From: Octopus bimaculoides
Taxonomy: Eukaryota
Direction: 5' to 3'
NCBI RefSeq assembly: GCF_001194135.2
Contig: NC_068986.1
Location: 22,890,465 to 22,924,380 of the forward strand
Length of the DNA stretch: 33,916 nucleotides
A model generated the notes under the pieces. That model saw only the letters and a program-made list of their open reading frames with translations, had not been told where the DNA came from and did not search any database. Position numbers and translations under genes: made by a program. Below are positions 11,820-22,294 of the stretch, in pieces (within the stretch, counting starts at the first letter, position 1; each line of letters opens with the position of its first letter).

Positions 11820-13734
11820 ACTCCCCGCCCCCAATTTATTGCGTCATAACTAGTACCCTATCTTCAATATATTTACTTGCACTCATTTAAAATTATTCGC
11901 GCCAGTGTTGAGTAGAAAAGTACAATGTCCTAATAATAAATAATTCACTTGTAATCTTTTAATGACTTTTCTCTCATTCGTATAGACTATATACTTATCT
12001 TTTTTTATAACTTCAATTTTCAACCCAACTCTCATTAGTTGAAATCTTAAACTCTCTATTTTATCCCTCGAGGATGATAGTAAGAGATTAAAAAAAAAAA
12101 AAATTCTCTTTCAATTAAGCATACGATTGGTTTATTCCAACGTTTGATGAAAAGGGAGATATTACAAGATTAATAGCTGTTGGGTGTAACGGAAGTAATA
12201 TTATCTCCTCTTCCCCCAACTAAATCAATTTGTCTCAACTAGTTTCTTATTACCAGACTAGAAAAAAAAAATGTGTAACAAGCTTTCACTAAATATAGCA
12301 AAGGAAATACGCAAACGTGTACAACGATATTATAAACATTGCTAAATCTAGTTCGGATTTCTCGTCGCCATAAATAGTAGTTTTCTTATTTACATTTTAA
12401 ACGCCCGTACAATTCCTGGAGAAAGGACTAGTTTTATTTACGGTTTTATATGTATTTTTATTTCTGAGAAATCTGTTTCCTGATCATTAAAACAAATTTC
12501 TCTTAAGACGCGGATCTTATTACTGAATGCAAAAACAAAGAACAGGAAAACAAACATAATTAGTGATATAATTAAACATGGCACTTTCTTCAGAAGAGCG
12601 AAATCAATAAGTCTACTTTATACCCTGTAATTTCACTTACTTACCCATTCAGCAAATTAATGCTAAGCTATTTCTAGTAAGGATTTATTTCAAAACTAAG
12701 AAAGAATGTACCGTCTCCCGTCTGCATTATATGATTTTAACAAACAATTGCGTAAACATGTCTAGCGGACGATTTTGCATTTACTTTCTGCTGTTGTTAC
12801 AGAATGCCGCCGCTGCATATAAACAATATCAAAACAATATGCAAAGCGACAAAGCAGGAACTGGATATGCTCGGGGACCAAACTATCTTCAAGCTCGTGT
12901 CGTAAGTATATAATTTTTACTACATAATGTTCACTAAACTCTAACGAACCGTCGAACAAGAAGTAAAAACCTGATACTTGATTAATAATGTATTTATCAC
13001 TTTTTTCAGGCTACTAATTTCCTTGGCAAGGGGATAAATGTCTAGATATCTCATTTACACCTTTTTTTCCAAATCTCCAACCCCAAAAGACACAACAGAT
13101 ATTTGTAGCAACATCGTTTAAATAAGAGTAATTTTGTATGGATTTCTCAAGAAAGGAATCAACACACACATACACCGCTATATTTGTACAAAGGTCCGCA
13201 TCTTGGTTGTCATAGTCACATGAAAATGGCCGGAAGTTTGCAGCAACATTGTGACTATTACAATTCAGATGAGTAACGGAGTCGCTAGCATGAAAATGCG
13301 GTGTTTACTTCAGCTAACACTAACAGAATTAAACTTCCGGTGATCATGTATCGGTTCCAGAATGTAAAAATTTTACTTCATTTGCATTACTTTGGTTTTG
13401 AAAAAGGTTGGAATGGCACACAGTAGCGTTTGGTCATTCCATCGTAAGCGTAACCATGCATCTATGTAATAAATTAATATTCATAGCCAATTAATTTTTA
13501 ACATTACAAATTAATGTAAACCTATTTGTATGATGAATGTTTATATAATACGTATGAGTGTGTGTGTGTGTGTGTGTAATGTATGTATGTGTGTATGTTG
13601 GCACGTATGGATGCATATTTGTATACATGCAAAGATCGGTTTTATGTGTCTGTGTCTACGTGTATGATGTTAATATATTTGTGCACGTGTATGTAACAAG
13701 CGTATAATATCTGTAACCATATACATACATGCAC

Positions 13735-13778
<44 letters not shown>

Positions 13779-15687
13779 GTCAGTCTAAATACACATGCAC
13801 ACATACCTACATACATACCTATATACATACATAAATAAATACAGACAGACAGACAGACAGACATACATACATACATACATACAGACAGACAGACATGTAT
13901 ACAATACATACAACTGCTCAATGATTTTTAAATTCCTACCTGTCATCACGTTTTTGTCGGTAACACTTTTTCGACGATGAAGATAATTTTACTTCTTAGC
14001 ATCGCTGTTTCACTGATCTAATGTAGCACGAGGTTAATTTATCGTTAACTCCTCCGACGTGAAAGTCATATAATACCAGAAATTAATTTTGGTGGAGACA
14101 GAAAAATTTACCTCATCATCTCGCTTGTTTACTACGTAGTGCTGTATCCGGAGACAAGTAATCCAAGGGAAGTAACTCTGCATTACTCTACTAAAAATCG
14201 AACGTTGTTGATTTGTACTAGAAAACATAAAACAGTGGAATATTTGATTAAAATTTCTTAGAGGATGCTGACCAGGCATGGTTGGGTGGCGAATGGTTCC
14301 ACTAAGCGGTATGTTGAGCAAGTGTCTTCAGCCATACTTTCGTATCAACTAAATGTTTGTGAGAGAAATTTGGTTTACGGAAAGTGTAAGGTCGTCGAAG
14401 GCACAGTTCTCGTTCTTGGATGATAGTTATAATCTGTCACCTGATTTAAAACCGACACCTGAGTGCTTTATGCGTCTGGGATAGGGGAAATATCTATTCT
14501 GAGGTTAACTTCCTTTTTTCCTTTCCGATCACAAGTGTTGTAAAAAAGAAAATGATGGGCGCTGGTCTTTTACCAAGAAATTATTATAAAAATATAACAG
14601 TTTAAAAGTCCGTTTGATAAAAAAAAAAAAAGTCTAAATTATAAATCTTAAATCTGCCATCATCCTGTCACTCTTGTTATACTCTTCAGCAATACTAAAT
14701 ATGCTTTCAAAGAAAGAATTTACCAAATCAAATGTTTCTGAGCGACATCATAAATTACTACGGACTTATGGCAAGGACAAAATTTACATTAATTGCATCT
14801 TTTGCTCTGAACGTTCTGAGTTCAAATCTAGCCCAGGTTAATTTTTGCCCTTCTTCCTTTCAGGGTCGATAAAATTAAATACCATTCAAATACTGGTTTG
14901 AATTAATCGACAAATTCTGCTCCATAAGTCACTCCACTGGCCTCTGACCTTGTGCCTTATGTTAGAAATGGTTTGAGATAGTGGAGAGATTCGTTTGAGC
15001 ATCGGATAAATGTCTTGCGGCATTTAGTTATAGACTATAGGTACAGAGTTCAAATCCTGCCTAGGTTGAGGTCACCTTTCATTATTCAGGGTTGGATGAT
15101 AAATAAGGTACCTGTCGAATAGTGAGGGCCGATATAATCGGTTAACCATTTTCCTCGTAAAATACTAGCCTTTCGTCTAGGTTGATATTTATCATTGTGT
15201 AGGATATTAAATCTGGGAGGTAGCAGAATCGTTAGCACACCGGAAAAATGTGCCTAGCAGTATTTCTTCCGGCTGTTTACATTCGGAGTTCAAATCACAC
15301 CTTTGCCTTTCATCCTTTCGCGAGCAATAAAATAAAGTACCAGTCAAATACTGGGTTGCTGCTATCAAACTAATCCTCTTCTCTCAAGATTCCTGGCCTT
15401 GTGCCTAAATAAAAAAAAACCATTGCTGCTTACTATATTTAGGAAAGAATTGACACCACAAATATTCACTTTTCCTCTTCATACTTCCCGGATTGTGCAT
15501 TGATTATACACACACACGCACACATACACACACACACACACATGTATGTATGTATGAGTGTATATATATATATATATATATATGGTGTATTATCATTAGT
15601 AGAGTCATATGCGAGTCGTATTCTAGCATTACATGTAGCCATATGTTGCCTGTCGATGTTTTGTATGTATTCTATACTGCGTGTGTG

Positions 15688-15746
<59 letters not shown>

Positions 15747-15917
15747 ATGGATGTGTGCATGTTTACATGTGTAAATATGCTGCGTGCTTATCTTTGTCCG
15801 TCCGGTCGTTCTTAGTTTTCTCTGGTATCCACTGTTGTAAGTGAATCTTTTTGATTCCATGATCCACATGCTTTGTGTAAGCTTGCCGTATATATTGCAC
15901 TTCTTTTCATTCCTCGC

Positions 15918-15975
<58 letters not shown>

Positions 15976-16118
15976 CTATTTTCCAGGGAGCTATGGGACC
16001 AAGAGGAGCACCTGGACAGCAAGGACCTCCCGTAAGTATATTTCGAACATCATTTTCGTATGAAGAATGCATATGAAATATCAAATATTCAAATAAACAA
16101 TGAAATAGACAATATATC

Positions 16119-16185
<67 letters not shown>

Positions 16186-17108
16186 CCCTCTGTCTGTCTC
16201 TCTCTATACATACACATAATGCACATCTGAGTTTGTTAGAGATGAAGAGATCGGTGGAACATTTAAAATAGGGATGGCCTAGAAAGAAGAAAAGTAGTGT
16301 GTTTCGAAGAATCTTTGTTCAAAATGAAGCGTTTAGACACATGGTTCATCGTAACAATTCATCATAAGACAATTCATCGTAAGACAATTCATCGTAAGAC
16401 ATCTTGGCAGACCAGATATACCCGTGCGTTTACTATTTGCTGTAAATATGAGGTAATCATCAAAACTGACTAAGAGCTTCAGTAACAATGAAAAGTTTAA
16501 TTATTATTAACTTTACTCATATTACTATAATGTATTTATAAAGATATCAATATCGTATATCTACTACATTAATAATGTCATAATGGATCTTAACAAAGAG
16601 GATACAGAAACGCTACATCAGATCCAACATCAGTTTGGATCTGCCTACCAACTGCTCCATAACCCATTCCACTGGCCTCCAGCCTTTTTCTTTCTTATGT
16701 TTAAAATGATCTGAGGCGGGGAAAAGATTCGTTAGAGCATCGCATAAATCGCTTGCGGTATTTAGTTATAGTCTTTAGGTACTGAGTTCAAATCCTGCCT
16801 AGGTTGATGTTACTACCAACTGATACTAACAACCAACGATAGATTAAATTATGTTCCCTTTCTGATGATCGGGCGCTATATATTAATTATACAATTGTCT
16901 CCGTACCTATTACCACATGCCTTACTAGTACACACTACTTAAACACATGTAAAGATTATGTAGTTGATGATGTTATAATAAAAATAATTAAACCGAATTT
17001 CCTGCTTTGCTCTGCTCTTGAATATACACTTTGTAATCTAGTCAAACTATTTATAAGAAGAAACAAAAATCTGAGGAAAAATTACGTTTAATATCAGATT
17101 ATGTTTAA

Positions 17109-17151
<43 letters not shown>

Positions 17152-18808
17152 TCATTTATTTATTTTGTTGAGTTTACACTTACCATATATTTGAATATTG
17201 CAGGGACCACAAGGTTTGAGAGGACCTGCTGGTGAACCTGGAGAAGCTGGACCCGTCGTAAGTATTTCTCCTCTTTATCTTTCCTCGTCTCTCGCTGCCC
17301 CAGTCTCTATCTATTTGGCTTCTTTGCATCCCTGTTTGTTTCCTTTTTTTTCTTATTATCTCTGTTTCTATATCCGTCTTTCTCTCTTCCTCTTATATGT
17401 ACTGTAATTATAAATACATATACTGTAATTATATATATGTATTTTAATGTAAAGATTATTTGCCAATATAATATGCCAGTCGCGGTTGTTTAACCCCCGG
17501 GGCTAAACAACAGTAGCATTCATCCCAACCGGGACTGCCACATTATGTTGGCAAATAATCATTACTTTAAAGTACTGTTACTGTATGTCTCTCGTTGAGA
17601 GATTTAGAAATAGTAATGTTTCTATATATGTATTCATATACATGTACATATTTTTAAATATATANNNNNNNNNNNNNNNNNNNNNNNNNNNNNNNNNNNN
17701 NNNNNNNNNNNNNNNNNNNNNNNNNNNNNNNNNNNNNNNNNNNNNNNNNNNNNNNNNNNNNNNNNNNNNNNNNNNNNNNNNNNNNNNNNNNNNNNNNNNN
17801 NNNNNNNNNNNNNNNNNNNNNNNNNNNNNNNNNNNNNNNNNNNNNNNNNNNNNNNNNNNNNNNNNNNNNNNNNNNNNNNNNNNNNNNNNNNNNNNNNNNN
17901 NNNNNNNNNNNNNNNNNNNNNNNNNNNNNNNNNNNNNNNNNNNNNNNNNNNNNNNNNNNNNNNNNNNNNNNNNNNNNNNNNNNNNNNNNNNNNNNNNNNN
18001 NNNNNNNNNNNNNNNNNNNNNNNNNNNNNNNNNNNNNNNNNNNNNNNNNNNNNNNNNNNNNNNNNNNNNNNNNNNNNNNNNNNNNNNNNNNNNNNNNNNN
18101 NNNNNNNNNNNNNNNNNNNNNNNNNNNNNNNNNNNNNNNNNNNNNNNNNNNNNNNNNNNNNNNNNNNNNNNNNNNNNNNNNNNNNNNNNNNNNNNNNNNN
18201 NNNNNNNNNNNNNNNNNNNNNNNNNNNNNNNNNNNNNNNNNNNNNNNNNNNNNNNNNNNNNNNNNNNNNNNNNNNNNNNNNNNNNATATATATATTAGAG
18301 GAGCATCAATTTCATTTCGTGTTTACTCATGCTTTATATATACATTTGTCTCTAGGGACGCTCAGGTATCAGAGGACCCGCTGGACCTCCTGGATCAAGA
18401 GGAGTCGATGTAAGTAAATTGGTTGTTTCTCTCCACCCCCTTTCTCTCTATTTATCTCTTGTTCTTTTCTCTTTTCCGATTTTCTTATTTCTTTACTGTT
18501 TCTCACGACCTTCCTGAAACCACGCGACTTTGTATCGTTTTGCAGGGTGACCCAGGACGTGACGGTAACCCTGGAGCTAGAGGTTTACCCGGACCACCTG
18601 TAAGTATTCTTACATCATATTACTTTTTTTATAATCAAATTTATATATAAATACATTAATTCACACACACACACACGTTTTAACTGTTAAAATATAATCA
18701 TCATCCATAATATTATGTAATTTTATAATGCTTAAACACTAATTCATTGTGTGTGTGTGTGTGTGTGTGTGTGTAATGAAATTGCTAATAATGATAATAA
18801 TAATGACA

Positions 18809-18848
<40 letters not shown>

Positions 18849-18867
18849 NNNNNNNNNNNNNNNNNNN

Positions 18868-18933
<66 letters not shown>

Positions 18934-21900
18934 AATCATATGAGTATATATGCTCAGAAGCATATACACGCATACGTATGTATGTATATATGTATGTATA
19001 TATGTATGTATGCATGTGTGTATGTATGTCTATATGTATGTATGCATGTGTGTATGTATGTATGTATGTATGTATGTATGTATAAATACATTTTCAGTTG
19101 TTTAATCTATGATATATTATTTTGATGTTTTCTAGGGAATTCGTGGAACTCCCGGAATCCCTGGTCTCCCAGGACCCAAGGGACACAGAGTAAGTAAAAT
19201 CTATTTGATTTGTTTCTTATTTTTTTCTCTTTCAAATAAATGTCTTAATTCGAATCTTGGCTGGCTGAATTGTTAGTGTGTCAAATTAACACCCGTGAGA
19301 ATGAAGTCGGCGAGCTGGCAGAAACGTTAGCATGCCGGGCGAAAATGCTTAGCGGTATTTCGTCTGCCGCTACGTTCTGAGTTCAAATTCCGCCGAGGTC
19401 TACTTTGCCTTTCATCCTTTCGGAGTCGATAAATTAAGTTCCAGTTACGCACTGTGGTCGATGTAATCGAATTAATCCCTTTGTCTGTCCTTGTTTGTCC
19501 CCTCAATGTTTAGCCCCTTGTGGGCAATAAAGAAATAAGAAACGTTAGCACGCCGGGAGTAATGCTTAGCGGTGTTTCGTCTGCAGTTACGTTTGGAGTT
19601 CAAATTCCGCCGAGGTCGAATTTGCTTTTCAGAGTCGATAAATTAAGTACCAGTTACGTACTGGGTCGGTCTAATCGACTAGCCCTCTCCCCTAAAATTT
19701 CGGGCCTTGTGCCTAGAGCAAAAAAGAATACCCACCAGAACGCAAAGTTATATTGCATTTCGAGTGTCATACTGCCATATGCATATGTCACGCACATCTT
19801 TTGCAAATGGGTTGAGCTTAACTTTAGGTCGATATCACCAAATGAATATAGCTCAGTATTTTTAGCAAAAAAAAAAAACTGTAAAAGTGAAATTGTTTTC
19901 GTAGACTATGTTATTACATACACTTAGTATATGATATTTTTTACTGATTAACCAATTATATTCTCTCTCAATTTCAGGGTTTCACTGGATTCGCTGGTAA
20001 GAACGGCAATCCTGGTCTTGATGGACCTAAGGTAAATAGTTTGAAATCTTTTCATACACCTATACAACTATAAGTCTTATTTGTTACATTTAATTAATTA
20101 ATTAATTAATTTTTTTTGTATGAATTTTAAAATCGATGATGCAACATCAATGGTGTCTTATATAATATTTTTTGTATTCTTTTCATACTTAGGGAGCTGC
20201 TGGCAACATGGGACCAATCGGTTTACCCGGAGGCGCTGGAGCACGTGGTGCCCCTGGTGAAAGAGGACGATCTGGATCTAGTGGATCTCCAGTAAGTTCA
20301 TATGATGCTTTGATTAACTAATTTAATTATGCATAATTATGTTTTTTATTATATATACTTTCGTTGATTTTATATAATATATATACATTTAATAGTAGAG
20401 AACGAAATATCATAGAGCTTAGGGGTGATAACTCTTCGAACAATTTGAGAAGAATTATAATATTTTTCACTCAAAAATAGATGTAAATTAAATAAATTCA
20501 GCTTAGAAGAAAAATCGGGAAGGACTAGATTTAATAATTACAGGGAAAATTGATTTAAGCAATATTGTTTAAATAGGTTTCATTGTCGATGGCATAGCAG
20601 TGATTACTTAATAAAGACAAATATTACCGATTTAGTTCAGCTATGTTTTATTCGTTAAATATTGTTGAAAATTTATATTTTAACATAAATCTAATTTCAT
20701 ACGAAAATGCGGTTATGAACAAAAAGTATCGAGTGACATTGTAACCAATAAATTAGAGTATGATTAACGTATAACGTAACTTGAGTTATCTTATGAAAGC
20801 TGAAAGGGAAAAAGCCGTATATTGAGGGTAATGGTTCTCTGACATTTTTCATATGAATGCAGAAAGTTCGGATACAAAGAGGGGGTTTCTACTTTAATAT
20901 TTGAGTATCATGTTAACATTAGTGCTGTAATTAAGGATATTTTGTCTTCAGTTAACTTTGTGTAAAATATCCCTAACTTCATTTGTTCTTAGGGAATGCG
21001 TGGCGTTGATGGATTACCAGGAAACAGTGGACCACCCGGAAGCGTTGGAAAACAGGGAGCCCCTGGTTTCCCTGGAACTCCTGGCCTCAAGGGTGAAGCC
21101 GGTACTCATGGCCCTAAGGGAGCTGTAGGACCTCAAGGCCCACGCGGAGAAAACGGAGTTGCCGGTTCCGCCGGTGAAGCCGGAGCCTCTGGACCTCATG
21201 GTCTCCCCGGACCAAGCGGAGAAAAAGGTAGCCGTGTAAGTATTGCAATGTATTTCTATTATCTGGTCACATCTTTGAAATTGTAGAAACCTTGAGACAA
21301 AGCCTGGAATGTATATTCCTTTAAATGTGTGTTATATTCCACATGAAAAACATTGGACCCAATTTGAGGTTCAGTTTTAGGAATCCTTCACGAAACTAGA
21401 AGTTACTGACCGCATTTCTCGTCTTAAAAATATGTATCGAACCACAAGACTTTAAACCTTTCAATATCTTTTTAATCGCACGTACACGCAGCCAGCTACA
21501 TGCTCGAACGAGAAATCATTATCACGGATATACGTAAGAATGAATAAAACATTCACTGATGTTGCAAACAGATACCCAACTGAATAAAAGTCTGGTATAT
21601 GCAACTGAGATAGTAAGTCATCTATGTGTCTACTCAATGTATATACACTGCCGGTTGACTAGTTTCTGTATAGTGACGGTCGATGTAAATGTTGGTTGTT
21701 TGATTGACTTTCCTAGTTGAGCTTTACAATGGATAGAGGTGTAAAAAGAAAGAAAGAAAGAGACAAAGAAAGAGAGAAAGAGAGAGAGAAAGCGAGAGAG
21801 AAAGAGAGAGAGAGAGTGAGTGTAAGAGTGAGACAGAGAGAGTTAACTTAAGAGGAACCGTATGAGTGCATGTACTAGCTTAGTGGCACGCAATGAGTAA

Positions 21901-22238
21901 AAGAAAGATAATCACAGAAAGCGCGGTACATTGGGCAAGTGTCTTCTACAATAGCCCGGATCTGACTAATACCTTACAAGAGAATATGGAGAGTGGGAGC
22001 CCGTCGTATATATAGGCGCAGGCGCGGTTGTGTGGTAAGAAGCTTGCTTCCCAATTACATGCTTCCGGGTTCAGTCCCACTGCGTGACACCTTGTGTAAG
22101 TGTCTCCTATTATAGCCTCAGNNNNNNNNNNNNNNNNNNNNNNNNNNNNNNNNNNNNNNNNNNNNNNNNNNNNNNNNNNNNNNNNNNNNNNNNNNNNNNN
22201 NNNNNNNNNNNNNNNNNNNNNNNNNNNNNNNNNNNNNN

Positions 22239-22294
<56 letters not shown>

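Noticed and set aside
15493-16035. ORFs with HT/VC/YI/I runs (also 79-387, 18739-19125, 25578-26063, 30625-30846, 31519-31833)
   Set aside because: These are dinucleotide and trinucleotide repeat translations. The only real coding parts are the embedded collagen exons.
17665-18285. Hidden helix exon in the 621-nt gap
   Set aside because: Flanking exon sizes and motifs already match the vertebrate register (GxKGHR at the K87 equivalent), leaving no room for extra triplets.
17585-18298. Long X-containing ORFs (also 3244-3648, 5001-5288, 11028-11396, 21946-22440)
   Set aside because: They stay open only because they cross N gaps.
19304-19400. tRNA genes at A-box/B-box motifs
   Set aside because: The motifs continue into SINE cores and tails, and no complete cloverleaf is evident.
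21014-21199. Antisense ORFs over collagen exons (also 32736-32930, 30901-31155)
   Set aside because: These are shadow frames of GC-rich Gly-Pro codons with no independent support.
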